NCBI GenBank assembly: GCA_030390025.1
Contig: CM059432.1
Location: 34,722,001 to 34,786,000, forward strand
Direction: 5' to 3'
DNA: 64,000 nt
Source of the DNA: Squalus acanthias
Taxonomy: Eukaryota
Shown here piece by piece: positions 38,535 to 51,219 of the stretch. Below the pieces are notes generated by a model. That model ran no database searches, was not told the DNA's origin, and was given only the letters and a program-made list of their open reading frames with translations. Numbering within the stretch: the stretch's first letter is position 1; the number at the start of each line of letters is the position of its first letter. Position numbers and translations under genes: made by a program.

Positions 38535-40020
38535 TTAAAAAATCGTTCATGGGATGTGGGCGTCGCTGGCGAGGCCAGCATTTATTGCCCATCCCTAGCG
38601 TGAGAAGGTGATGGTGAGCCGCCTTCTTGAACTGCTGCAGTCCGTGTGGTGAAGGTACTCCCACAGTGCTGTTAGGGAGGGAGTTCCAGGGTTTTGACCC
38701 ATCGACAATGAAGGATCGGCGATATACTTCCAAGTCAGGATGGTGTGTGACTTGGAGGGGAACTTGGAGGTGGTGGTGTTCCCATGCGCCTGCTGCCCTT
38801 GTCCTTCTAGGTGGAAGAGTTCGCGGGTCTGGGAGGTGCTGCCAAAGAAGCCTTGGCGAGTTGCTGCAGTGCAACTTGTAGAGGGTACACACTGCAGCCA
38901 TGGTCCGCCCGTGGTGGAGGGAGTGAATGTTTATGGTGGTGGATGGGGTGCCAATCAAGCGGGCTGCTGGTCAATGGTGACCCCCAGGATGTTGATGGTG
39001 GGGGATTCGGCGATGGTAATGCCGTTGAATGTCAAGGGGCGGTGGTTAGACTCTCGCTTGTTGGAGATAGTCATTGCCTGGCACTTGTGTGGTGCGAATG
39101 TTACCTGCCACTTATCAGCCCAAGCCTGAATGTCGTCCAGGTCTTGCTGCATGCGGGCATCGACTGCTTCATTATCTGAGGAATTGTGAATGGAATTGAA
39201 CACTGTGCAGTCATCAGCGAACATCCCCATTTCTGACCTTATGTTGGAGGAAAGGTCATTGATGAAGCAGCTGAAGATGGTTGGGCCTAGGACACTGCCC
39301 TGAGGAACTCCTGCAGCGATGTCCTGGGGCTGTGATGATTGACCTCCAACCACCACAACCATCTTCCTTTGTGCTAGGTATGACTCCAGCCAGTGGAGAG
39401 TTTTCCCCCCGATTCCCATTGACTTAAGTTTTACTAGGGCTCCTTGATGCCACACTTGGTCAAATGCTGCCTTGATGTCAAGGGCAGTCAATCTCACCTC
39501 ACCTCTGGAATTCAGCTCCTTTGTCCATGTTTGGACCAAGGCTGTAATGAGGTTGGGAGCCGAGTGGTCTTGGCAGAACCCAAACTGGGCATCACTGAGC
39601 AGGTTATTGGTGATTAAGTGCCGCTCGATAGCACTGTCGATGACACCTTCCATCACCTTGCTGATGATTGAGAGTAGACTGATGGGGCGGTAATTGGCCA
39701 GATTGGATTTGTCCTGCTTTTTGTGGACAGGACATACCTGGGCAGTTTTCCACATTGTCGGATAGATGCCAGTGTTGTAGCTGTACTGGAACAGCTTGGC
39801 TAGAGGCACGGCTAGTTCTGGAGCACAAGTCTTCAGCACGATAGCCGGGATGTTGTCGGGGCCCATAGTCTTTGCTGTATCCAGTGCGCTCAGCGGTTTC
39901 TTGATATCTCGTGGAGTGAATCGAATTGGCTGAAGACTAGCTTCTGTGATGGTGGGGACCTCAGGAGGAGGCTGATATGGATCATCCACTCGGCACTTCT
40001 GGCTGAAGGTGGTTGCAAAC
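38535..40020 (-). mobile_element. RTE-X-like LINE, RT domain largely intact, internal deletion
   Basis: 344-aa ORF with NYRPISLLS, QFGF, LDIKAAFD, GVPQGSVLGP, FADD; highly similar to 28830-29710. Confidence 0.9.
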
Positions 40021-41409
40021 GGATGGAGTGGCCACTGGCTCTGTCAGAAGGGTTGGGATCGGGACAGCCCCAGCAAGCGGAGACCAGAGCGCCGGCCCTG
40101 AAGACTGGGTTGCCACCCAACAGGGGCATGTGTCCAATGGATGTGGGTGCCCCCCCCACCCCCCATCATAACAATTGGATGGGGCTCTCTGTCCTTGGTT
40201 GTAGCCCAGCTGGTAAAGGTACTCCAAAGATAAAAACCTTGAGGAAACCACCTCAGCTTCTCTTCCTCTAGTAAGTGGTTCAAGAATCTCACATGAGACT
40301 TGAGTTAGAACTGGCCTAGGGCACAACACAACAGATGGACTAGCACAAGTAAAACCCACTTAACATCCCCCTTGATGTAACATAAGGAAGCTTTTTTATT
40401 TTCCTACCATTTCACTGACCTTTTTAGTTAACTTCTACAATTTTTTTTCATTCTCGGGTTGTGAGCAGCCTGGCAAGGCCGGCATTTATTGCACATCCCT
40501 AGTTGCCCTGAGAAGGCGATGGCCACCCTCTTGAACCACTGCAGACAATGTGGTGAAGGTACTCTCCCAATGCTGCTAGGTAGAGAGTGCCAGGACTTTG
40601 ACCCAGTGATGACAAACGAATGTCGATATAAGTCCAAGTCAGGATGGTATGTGGCTTGGAGGGGAACTTGGAGGGTTGGTGTTCCTATGGACTAGTAATC
40701 CAGAGAATGAGAGTCCAAGTCAGCCATGATCTTATGGAATGGTGGAGCAGGCTCGAAGGACCAAATGGCCTACTCCTGCTCCTATTTCTTATGCAAATCC
40801 CACCATAGCAGTTTGAAAATTTGAATTCAGTTTTCTAACAAAATTCTGCACACATATATATATCTTGTTACAAATCTTGCATCTGCATGCACTTTCTGTC
40901 TGAAAACACTTATTTCTTGTCACACTTTTGTCAAGATTTCCATTATCAATTCCTACGTGCACATTTGAAATGGTAAAGTCGCGTTAGTTGCTCTCGTCAC
41001 TTGGTAACTAAAAACTCTGGCCACTAGGTGTCATTGCATCATTCTTTTCCTCACAAATTACTCAAAATGCTTTCTGAAAACCTTTTATTCAACATTTTCT
41101 TTATTAATAACTAAAATTTTTGTCCAAAATTATTCAATTTGTCTTTAAATACCTTCACTAAAGTTTTTTTTACTTGAAGGCCTCAGCCTCTCGCAAAAGC
41201 CTTGGACTTGATTATTTGCTCAGAGCTGTGATGCTGCAGCTGAAGGCGGGTCCTGCAGTCCTGAGCATGTGCACAATTTCCCAACATACAGAGGTTATCA
41301 TTTCAGCTAGTCTAATGATGAAATGCTTCTCTCTCAATCTCTACCAAAATCTGTGTGTTTGCTTTTCAAAATTATTTGAAGCTAAGCTTTATTCAGGTAA
41401 AGTTGATTG

Positions 41410-41620
41410 TGAAATAAAAACAGAAAATGCTGGAAACACTCAGCAGAAGTTAAACAGAGTTAACATTTCAGGTCGATGACCTTTCGTCATAACTGGTCAT
41501 CGACCTGAAATGTTAACTTTTTTCTCGCTCCACAGATGCAGCCCGACCTATTGAGTATTTCCAGCATTTTCTGTTTTTATTTCAGATTTCCAGCATCCAC
41601 AGTATTTTGCTTTTGTATTA
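41410..41620. mobile_element. Penelope pseudo-LTR inverted repeat with degenerate hammerhead
   Basis: GAAATAAAAACAGAAAATGCTGGAAA and its complement; TTAACATTTCAGGTCGATGACC/GGTCATCGACCTGAAATGTTAA. Confidence 0.8.
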
Positions 41621-41825
41621 AAGTTTATTATGAGTTTTTTTTCCCCTCCAAAAAGCAGAGAGGCTGCATGTGTTCATGTGAGAGAGAGAGAGGAGCGAGA
41701 AGCAGACTTTTTAAACTGTTCATCACAATTGGGCAATGCCTCCTTTCAAGAGCCAGCGGCAATCATTCAATCGTCTAGAGAAGGAGAAACAAAGACTGCA
41801 GCTATTGGCAGATGCGTAGTCCTCC

Positions 41826-42428
41826 ACCATGTACAGCAGGCACCTCAAAGCACTGGAGAGGTACCACCAACGCTGCCTCCGCAAGATCCTGCAAATCCAT
41901 TGGCAGGATAGGCGCACCAACGTCAGTATTCTCGCTCAGGCCAACATCCCCAGCATCGAAGCTTTGACCACGCTCGATCAGCTCCAATGGACTGGCCACA
42001 TCGTCTGCATGCCCTATACGAGACTCCCAAAACAAGCGCTCTACTCGGAGCTCTGACACGGCAGGAGAGCCCCAGGTGGGCAGAGGAAACGCTTCAAGAA
42101 CACCCTCAAAGCCTCCTTGAAAAAGTGCAACATCCCCACCGACACCTGGGAATCCCTGGCCCAAGACCGCACAAAGTGGAGGAGAAGCATCCGGGAAAAC
42201 GCCGATCACCTCGAGTCTCTTCGCCGGGATCAAGCGGAAGCCAAGCGCAGGCAGCGCAAGGAGCGCACGTCAACCCAAGCACCCCACCCACCCACCCCTT
42301 CAACCACCATCTGCCCCACCTGTGACAGAGACTGTAGGTCCCGCATTGGACTCATCAGTCACCTGAGAACTCATTTTTAATGTGGAAGCAAGTCATCCTC
42401 GGTTCCGAGGGACTGCCTAAGAAGAAGA
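41826..42428 (+). mobile_element. RTE-clade LINE 3' fragment
   Basis: LERYHQRCLRKILQIHWQDRRTN, QLQWTGHIV, C2H2 CPTCDRDCRSRIGLISHLRTH, (AAG)n tail. Confidence 0.9.
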
Positions 42429-43052
42429 CCCCGCCAATACAAACAACCTATTCCGCAGGCCAGGGGCAGTGTTTGACTTGCTGGGGGGGGGCCCTACATT
42501 TTACTTGACAATGATACTAAATAGTACCTGCATAATCTGATGCCTAATCCACACAAGTATGATTGTGAAAGGTGTACCTGCAATTGGTAATTTTAAAAAA
42601 AGCTGGAAAAACGATCATGAATCAGCTATTACCATCGCGAAACGGGTCCTTTGATTGGATCTGCTCGGGGACCCGTGCAATTTCACGGGTTCCTTGGTCC
42701 TCATGCTGGGTTCGGGCGGGAGTTGGGGTGTGGATATGGAAAAGAGGCCCAGGAGTCAACATCTCTTGGGCCTCAACATGCGAGCTTGTTGCTCGCCCAG
42801 GCCCCTCGCACGGAATTATCCCACAGCGCCATAAAATCAGGGCCATAGAATCATCCAGCACTGAAGGAGGCCTTATGGCCCATCGTACCTGTACTGGCTC
42901 ATTGAAAGAGTTATCCAATTAATCCTACAACCCTGACATTTTTTTCTTTGTGAGTGTACCTTCAATTCTCTTTTGAAAGTTACTATTGAGTCTGCTTCCA
43001 CCAACCTTTCAGGCAGTGCATTCCAGATCATAACTCGCCATGTGAAAAAGAA

Positions 43053-46000
43053 ATTCCCCTCATTCCCCCTCCCCCTTCATTCCCCAACCCCTCATCCTTC
43101 ATCTCCCCCTCATCCTTCATCCTCCCCACCCCTTCATCCTTCATTCCCCCCTCCCCCCTCATCCTTCATCCGCCCCTCACCCCTCATCCTTCATTCCCCC
43201 CTCCCCCTTCATTCCCCAACCCCTCATCCTTCATTCCCCCCTCCCCCTCATTCCCCCCTCCCCCCTCCTCCTTCATTCCCCCCTCCCCCCTCCTCCATTC
43301 CCCATCCCCCTTCATTCGCCCCACATCCTTCATTCCCCCCACATCCTTCATTCCCCCCACATCCTTCATTCCCCCCTCCCCCTTCATTCCCCCCACATCC
43401 TTCATTCCCCCCTCCCCCTTCATTCCCCCCACATCCTTCATTCCCCCCTCCCCCTTCATTCCCCCCTCCTCCTTCATTCCCCCCTCCCCCTTCATTCCCC
43501 TCTCATCCTTCATTCCCCCCTCCCCCTTCATCCCCCCGATCCTTCATCCCCCCCTCCCCCTCATCCTTTCTTCCCCTCATCCCCCCATCCTTCATTCCCC
43601 CCTCCCTCATCCTTCATTCCCCCCCTCATCCTTTATTCCCCCCACATCCTTCATTCCCCCCTCATCCTTAATTCTCCTCCTCCCCCATCCTTCATTCCGC
43701 CCCTTCCCCCCTCCTCCTTCACCTCCCCACCCCCCTCCATTCCCCCTCCCCCTTCATTCCCCCCTCCCCCTCCTCCTCCTTCATTCCCCCCTCCCCCTTC
43801 ATTCCCCCCCTCCCCCTTCATTCCCCCCTCCCCCCTTCTTTCCCCCCCTCCCCCTTCATTCCCCCCTCCCCCTTCATTCCCCCCCTCCCCCTTCATTCCC
43901 CCCCTCCCCCTTCATTCCCCCCTCCCCCTTCATTCTCCACTCCCCCTCCATTCCCCCCTCATTCCCCCTCCTCCTCCATTCCCCCCTCCCCCCTCATTCC
44001 CCCCTCCTCCTCCATTCCCCCCTCCTCCTCCATTCCCCCCTCCCCCCTCATTCCCCCCCCCATCTCCTTCATTCTCCCCTCCCCCTCCATTCCCCCCTCC
44101 TCCTTCATTCCCCGCTCCCCCTCCTCCTTCATTCCCCCCTTCTCCTTTATTACCCCCTTCACCTCCTCCTTTATTCCCCTCCCCCTCCTTCATTCCCCCT
44201 CCCCCTTCATTCCCCCCTCCCCTTCATTCCCCCCTCCCCCTTCATTCCCCCTCCCCTTCATTCCCCCCCTCCCCCTCCTTCATTTCCCCCCTCGTCCCCC
44301 TTCATTCCCCCCTCCTCCCCTTCATTCCCCCCTCCTCCTTCTTCATTTCCCCCTCCTCCTCCCTCCCTCTTCATTCCCCCCCTCCTCCCCCTTCATTCCC
44401 CCTCCTCCCCCTTCATTCCCCCCTCCTCCTCCTTCATTTCCCCCTCCTCCCCCCTTCATTTCCCCCCTCCTCCCCCTTCATTCCCCCCTCACCCTCCTTC
44501 ATTCCCCCCCTCCCCCTCCTTCATTTCCCTCCTCCTCCCCCTTCATTCCCCCCTCCTCCTCCTTCATTTCCCCCTCCTCCCCCTTCATTCCCCCCTCACC
44601 CTCCTTCATTCCCCCCTCCTCCTTCTTCATTCCCCCCTCCTCCCCCTTCATTCCCCCCTCCTCCTCCTTCATTTCCCCCTCCTCCTCCCCCTTCATTCCC
44701 CCCTCCTCCCCCTTCATTCCCCCCCTCCTCCCCCTTCATTCCCCCCCTCCTCCTTCTTCATTCCCCCTCCTCCTCCTACATTTCCCCCTCCTCCTCCCTC
44801 CCCCTTCATTCCCCCCCTCCCCTCCTTCATTTCCCTCCTCCTCCCCCTTCATTCCCCCCTCCTCCTCCTTCATTTCCCCCTCCTCCCCCTTCATTTCCCC
44901 CCTCCTCCCCCTTCATTCCCTCCCCTCACCCTCCTTCATTCCCCCCTCCTCCCCCTTCATTCCCCCCTCCTCCTCCTTCATTTCCCCCTCCTCCCCCTTC
45001 ATTCCCCCCCTCCTCCCCCTTCATTCCCCCCTCCTCCCCCTTCATTCCCCCCTCCTCCTCCTACATTTCCCCCTCCTCCTCCCTCCCCCTTCATTCCCCC
45101 CTCCCCCTCCTTCATTTCCCTCCTCCTCCCCCTTCATTCCCCCCTCCTCCTCCTTCATTTCCCCCTCCTCCCCCTTCATTTCCCCCCTCCTCCCCCTTCA
45201 TTCCCCCCTCACCCTCCTTCATTCCCCCCTCCTCCTTCTTCATTCCCCCCTCCTCCCCCTTCATTCCCCCCTCCTCCTCCTTCATTTCCCCCTCCTCCCC
45301 CTTCATTCCCCCCCTCCTCCCCCTTCATTCCCCCCTCCTCCTTCTTCATTCCCCCCTCCTCCTACATTTCCCCCTCCTCCTCCCTCCCCCTTCATTCCCC
45401 CCTCCCCCTCCTTCATTTCCCCCCTTCTCCCCCTTCATTCCCCCCCTCCTCCTTCTTCATTCCCCCCTCCTCCTCCTACATTCCCCCTCCTCCTCCCTCC
45501 CCCTTCATTCCCCCCTCCCCTCCTTCATTTCCCCCCTCCTCCCCCTTCATTCCCCCCTCCTCCTCCTTCATTCCCCCCCTCCTTCATTCCCCCCCTCCTC
45601 CTCCTCCTCCATTCCCCCCCTCCTCCATTCCCCCCCTCCTCCTCCTTCATTCCCCCCCTCCTCCTCCTTCATTCCTCCTCCTTCATTCCCCCCTTCCTCC
45701 TCCTTCATTCCTCCTCCTTCATTCCCCCCCTCCTCCTCCTTCATTCCCCCCCCCTCCATTCACCCCCCCCTCCTTCATTCCCCCCCCTCCTCCTTCATTC
45801 CCCCCCTCCTTCATTCCCCCCCCTCCATTCACCCCCCCTCCTTCATTCCCCCCCTCCTCCTCCTCCATTCCCCCCCCTCCTCCATTCCCCCCCTCCTCCT
45901 CCTTCATTCCCCCCTTCCTCCTCCTTCATTCCCCCCCTCCTCCTCCTTCATTCCCCCCTCCTCCTCCTCCATTCCCCCCCCTCCTCCTCCTTCATTCCCC

Positions 46001-46650
46001 CCCCTCCTCCTTCATTCCCCCCCTCCTCCTTCATTTCCCCCCTCCTCCTCCTCCATTCCCCCCTCCTCCTCCATTTCCCCCCTCCTCCTCCTTCATTCCC
46101 CCCTCCTCCTCCTTCATTCCCCCCCTCCTCCTCCTTCATTCCCCCCCTCCTCCTCCTCCTTCATTCCCCCCTCCTCCTCCTTCATTCCCCCCCTCCTCCT
46201 CCTCCATTCCCCCCCTCCTCCTCCTCCTCCATTCCCCCCCTCCTCCTCCTTCATTCCCCCCCCTCCTCCTTCATTCCCCCCCCTCCTCCTTCATTCCCCC
46301 CCTCCTCCTCCTTCATTCCCCCCTCCTCCTCCTCCATTCCCCCCCTCCTCCTCCTTCATTCCCCCCCCCTCCTCCTTCATTCCCCCCCCCTCCTCCTTCA
46401 TTCCCCCCCCCCTCCTCCTTCATTCCCCCCCTCCTCCTCCATTCCCCCCCTCCTCCTCCTCCATTCCCCCCCTCCTCCTCCTCCATTCCCCCCCTCCTCC
46501 TCCTCCATTCCCCCCCTCCTCCTCCTCCTTCATTCCCCCCCTCCTCCTCCTTCATTCCCCCTTCCTCCTCCTCCTTCATTCCCCCCTCCTCCTTCATTCC
46601 CCCCCTCCTCCTCCTTCATTCCCCCCCTCCTTTATTCCCCCTCATTCTTT
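43053..46650. repeat. 3.6-kb polypyrimidine/polypurine tandem repeat (CCTTCATTCCCCCCT-type units)
   Basis: Almost G-free plus strand with repeating ttcattccccc units. Confidence 0.97.
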
Positions 46651-47022
46651 AGCCACTATTCCCCCTCCACTTTCCTGCTCCAAATCCCAGAACTGCACCT
46701 GCTGTTCCCCCTGAACTCTTTGTAAATGGTCACACCTCCTTTCCGCCCCGATCCTGTGGAGGAGTTAATGAAACCCTGGGATTCTGACAGATCCCTCGGC
46801 ATGGGGACCCTCTTACAGGCTACCAACCCCCATTAAAGTAGATCTCTCTTACCTGCTACTAACTCACGTACTCAAAAAACCTGACCCAGCTTTCACCGAC
46901 CTGTTTTTTCCTCCTTTACTGATCAGTTTCGTTATGAGAAATACCCGGCAGCATTTAATGGAGCGACAGAGAGCTCCGAGGAACAGAGGAGATTCCTCCA
47001 AACCTATGTCTCTGGCCCTTAC

Positions 47023-47042
47023 CTCTCTTTGCGTCGATTCAT
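47023..47042 (-). CDS. RBM43: RBM43-like protein, candidate exon 1 (MNRRKE+AG)
   Basis: AAGATGA start context, donor GAG|gtaagg; phase 2 joins exon 2 as ...KERLQEPKMM; four exons total 1830 nt, 609 aa. Confidence 0.6.
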
Positions 47043-47106
47043 CTTATTTCTCGCTGAAATCGCCACCGAGTGTTGGTTTCGTGTCTGGAATAAGACCCGG
47101 CGCGGG

Positions 47107-47147
47107 GAAAACGAAAGTGAAATTAACTGTGGAGAATTTTTGAGTCA
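47107..47147. promoter_or_regulatory. ISRE/IRF-E (GAAAACGAAAGTGAAA, 47107-47122) and AP-1 site (TGAGTCA, 47141-47147)
   Basis: Three GAAA cores, the last two in GAAANNGAAA spacing, 65 bp upstream of the proposed ATG. Confidence 0.75.
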
Positions 47148-47399
47148 ACAGCTCTCCCCAGTGGCTCCCTCTTCACTTAATTCTATAGATATCTTCTAAG
47201 CTGCTTGTGTTTCTTTTATAACTTTTCAAACAATCACAAAAAGCCCAAATATTGAGGCGGGAGGGAAGAGCAAGAACAGTAAAAGGGCGTGTCCCTCATT
47301 TAAAAAAAAGTGTAGGTCAATTTTGTTTTCTCTGTTTGTCCTGTGACCAACACCTCTCCCTCTCCCCTCCTCAGCCCAGTCATTGCTCAAACCCAGATA

Positions 47400-47850
47400 G
47401 AATCATAGAATGAAACAGCACAATATGAGGCCATCCGGCCCATCCTACTTGTGCCGGCTCTTTGGCAGAGCTATCCAACTAATCCTATTCCCCTGCTCCT
47501 TCCCCGTAGCCCTGTATTTTTTTTTCCCTTTTACGTATTTAACCAATTTCCTTTTGAAAGTTACTTTTGAATCTGCTTCCATCACCCTTTAAGGCTGTGC
47601 ATTCCAGATCACAACTCGCTGTGTAAAAAAAGGTTTCCTCATGTGGCCTCTGGTCCTTTTGCCAATCATCTTAAATCGGTGTCCTTTGGTTACTGACCCT
47701 TCTGCCACTGGACACAGTTTCTCTTTATTTACTCTATCAAAACCATTCATGATTTTGAACACCTCTATTAAATCTCCTCTTAACCTTCTTTGCTCCCCAT
47801 AACTGAAGTCCCTCATCCCTGGCACCCTTCTAGTAAATTTCTTCTGCAAA
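47400..47850 (-). mobile_element. CR1 3' fragment
   Basis: [28 protein letters not shown] tail. Confidence 0.85.
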
Positions 47851-49322
47851 TAGGAACATAGGAAGATGAAGAAAGACCAAGATCCATCTAAATTGCCTTC
47901 TACCATCCTGGGAGTCGCATGACATAAAGGTAATGGAGTTGTTGACTAATAGCAATCAATCGCAATCGATTAGTCCACAACAGACCCAGACATGAGGAAA
48001 TCCTCAGTGGTAGAGAGCTTTAGGAACCAAAGGTCCAAAGTCACCTGTTCCTCCCAAGTATGCTACACTTTTACCACGTCATGTCTCAAATTATTCATAT
48101 ACTAAATCCTAAACTGTCCATTAGTTAAACATTTCCAAGCACTGTCAAGGTTTATATGACTGATAATTTCTTGCTCATCTCCATTTTTGTTCCCCTATCT
48201 TCTCTTTTCCTGAAGCCAAACCTGGATGGATGCACTTCCACAGGTGCTGGCAGTCATCTGCTCCCTCGCCTGCATTCCCCTGTCTTCAGGTTTAAGCCTA
48301 GATGGTGAATGATGGTGGGCTATTCGGCCGTGAGTGGTACTCGAGCTTTATGTTGCTGTAACTGGATCGCAGTCAGTCCCAGGTAACCAATATCATGCTC
48401 AGTACTCACTGAAAAGGATTTTGTCACTGCATCATAGGTATCTCGAATTATATAGGGCAATTTTTCCAATTGTTCACACCCAGTGTAGAGGAATATTTAC
48501 GCTGTATCTAACCTGTTCAGTAGCTGTCCTGGGAGTGTTTGATGGGACAATGTAGAGGGAGCTTTACTGTATCAAACCCGTGCTGTAGCTGCCCTGGGAG
48601 TGTTTGATGAGACAATGTAGAGGGAGCTTTACTCGGCATCGAACCCATGCTGTGCTTGATCTGGTAGTGTTTGATGGAGCAGTGTAGTGACAACCTTAGT
48701 CCATGTCTAATTGTGCTAAAACACCTGGGAGAGTCTGATGCTACAGTAGGTGCCCAAAATAGGAAAGTGTTACATTTCTTAGATTAATATTCCTCACCTT
48801 GATACTTGCGAAAAAATGTTATGCACGGAGGTAAAATCATACACAGAGACACAGGTACACACACACACAATGAACAACCTGTGACTATAGTACAGACTGT
48901 CAATTTTCAGAAGCTTTAATATTTGTTGTTTAGTTGCAAGAAAGAGAAAATACCTGAATTATTGTTAAATCAATTACCCCAGCATTCTTTGCGTCTATTA
49001 TTCATTTTTTTTATTGTTGAAGAAAGCCAGGTGAAGGCCCAAGACTCAGTGCAGGACATGAGAAGGCTGGAAAGAGTGGCAGAGAAGATGAGGTAAATCA
49101 AAAATTAGCAGATTATTGACGCCCAGCTTGGGTATCCCAGTATTTCCCGGTCTCCTCTGTTGATTTTCAGGAGGGATCCTGGTATTACTGTAACTCTTCG
49201 TTATTCTCGGTTGTCACCTTGTGTGGTTGGTGTCCGTTGCAAGCTTTAACAGCAGAAGGTAGACCCCCATCCTCAGTATCGCACCGTTCCCCATGTCCTT
49301 CTTGGGTTTGTTGAGCCAGCGT

Positions 49323-49456
49323 TTAGCTGCACCTATTGTGGGGTTGGTAATGCATGTATCTGGAGCTGTAGTCGGTCTGATAGCTGATGCAGTGTGCAAA
49401 CTTCCGGTCGCACTCACACAGCAGGTACTTGCACTTACTGCCCAGGAGCTCTGTGG
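49323..49456 (-). CDS. Secreted phospholipase A2, last coding exon: (A)TELLGSKCKYLLCECDRKFAHCISYQTDYSSRYMHYQPHNRCS*
   Basis: CECD (Asp99) motif; acceptor tttgttttctcag; phase 1 matches the previous exon; AATAAA at 49010-49015. Confidence 0.93.
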
Positions 49457-49852
49457 CTGAGAAAACAAAGACAAGGTTGGTGAATGAAGACCATCTCAGC
49501 CAATTAGAATGGGGAGAGCACATCACATGACTAGTGGATCATTGTCCAGGAACAATAGTGAATGAATTTCAGTCAGGAAAGGTAGCCAGTCAGGGCATGA
49601 GAGCATGAAATGGAAAAAGACCATTCAGCCCATTAGGTTTGCTCCTTCTATAGTCCACATAGAATCTCCCTTACTGTGGTTTATACCTACCCATTTAATA
49701 TCCTCATATAGACCCTGTACACTGTACCCTTTAATGGACACTATTCACCCATTCAATCCCCTTCCTCAGACCCTGTGCAATATCCGTATCTTGGACTCTA
49801 ACCACCCAGTTAATCTCCTCCCACAGACCATATACACTCTTCCTTGTCATCA

Positions 49853-50438
49853 GGGGAAATTTTAACCACCCCACCCTGTGGAAACTGGGCAAAGAGGCAG
49901 TTAAAATGTCCCGTGTGACTTACACCCCTCCAATCCCACTGCCTTCTCTTGGGTCCCAACAGCAACCTGCTCTTTATACAGGTGAGAGGGACAGCCGCCT
50001 GACGGTAGAGGGGTCCTTCTTTAAATATGCAGATTGTGTTCCAATGACGCCAAGCCAGACCTGTTGGGAAGAGGAGTCGAGGCCAGAAGAGGTCTAGAAA
50101 GGTAACTTTAGTTTTTTCTGTTTCCTTGTGGGCCAGAAGGAGCAGAAGTGATCCTTCATCCCAACAAAGAAACCTTGGGCCGACTTCCCTCACCTTCTGA
50201 CCATCTGACCCCCCCTCCCTCCCCCAACTACTTACTTTAGTGCCGGGGACCCGTCTGCGGCCTCCTGCTGCCTGAAATCCCACTCCCGTCCACCGACCGG
50301 GCAGTGCTTCCTGCCAGGGTCAGGCAAGCATGCAGATGAGGCTTGGAGTTAAAATCCTGGAGTTGTGAAGGGATGGAGAACTTCAGATCTGCCTTGGCCC
50401 CCAGTGCACTGATCCTACTCTACATTAAAATAGCCCCC
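49853..50438. mobile_element. Harbinger-type MITE inserted in a minisatellite
   Basis: Termini GGGGAAATTTTAA...TTAAAATAGCCCC; minisatellite units on both sides. Confidence 0.6.
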
Positions 50439-50454
50439 AGGGTCTTTACTTACT

Positions 50455-50810
50455 TATTTAATCTCCTCCCACAGACCCTGTACACTCTCCCTATCATGGG
50501 CTCTACCCACGCATTTAATCTCCTCTCACAGACCCTGTACACTCTCCCTATCATGAGCTCTACCCACGCATTTAATCTCCTCCCACAGACCCTGTACACT
50601 CTCCCTATCATGGGCTCTACCCACGCATTTAATCTCCTCTCACAGACCCTGTACACTCTCCCTATCATGGGCTCTACCCACGCATTTAATCTCCTCTCAC
50701 AGACCCTGTACACTCTCCCTATCATGGACTCTACCCATGCATTTAATCTCCTCTCACAGACCCTGTACACTCTCCCTATCATGGACTCTAGCCACTCATT
50801 TAACCTCCTT
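50455..50810. repeat. 57-bp minisatellite, about 6 near-perfect copies (degenerate copies at 49690-49850)
   Basis: Unit ATTTAATCTCCTCCCACAGACCCTGTACACTCTCCCTATCATGGGCTCTACCCACGC. Confidence 0.95.
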
Positions 50811-51219
50811 CGGAAAAGCTCTGGATAATAACTTCCTGATATCCCACAGTAATAAAGCCAAACTCTAGAATATTGTTTCATCCTCCCTATTCACCCTGGT
50901 CTGTTAGCCTCCACAGACAACAGTTCCCAACAGCAGAGGAAGCATCGTGTCCCACGTAGTCTTTTCCATTCTTTACCCAGAGGGAGGTCAGCAGTGAGAA
51001 GTGATTGCCAAGATGGATGGCTCAGGCCCAAGGCACTGGGGTCCTTGAAGAAACAGCTGGATTATGTAATGGGGAGTCGGCAGGGTGAGATCGAATGGGC
51101 CAAACTGGTCACGTGACCACAGCTTCTACCTGCCCCTGCAACATTCCAATCCCATTTATCCAGCTCCTTATTAGTAGAGCAAATTGTTTCAACTTCAGCT
51201 GCTCCTCTTTTTATCAACC

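Noticed and set aside
42973..46597. Many Pro-rich or Gly/Glu-rich ORFs
   Set aside because: Artefacts of translating a stop-poor simple repeat
50343..50881. ORFs with a 19-aa repeat; superficially CRISPR-like periodicity
   Set aside because: Pure 57-bp tandem repeat with no unique spacers, in a vertebrate intron
50915..51085. Open plus-strand segment bounded by cag and gtgaga
   Set aside because: No partner exons or recognisable protein; compatible with chance
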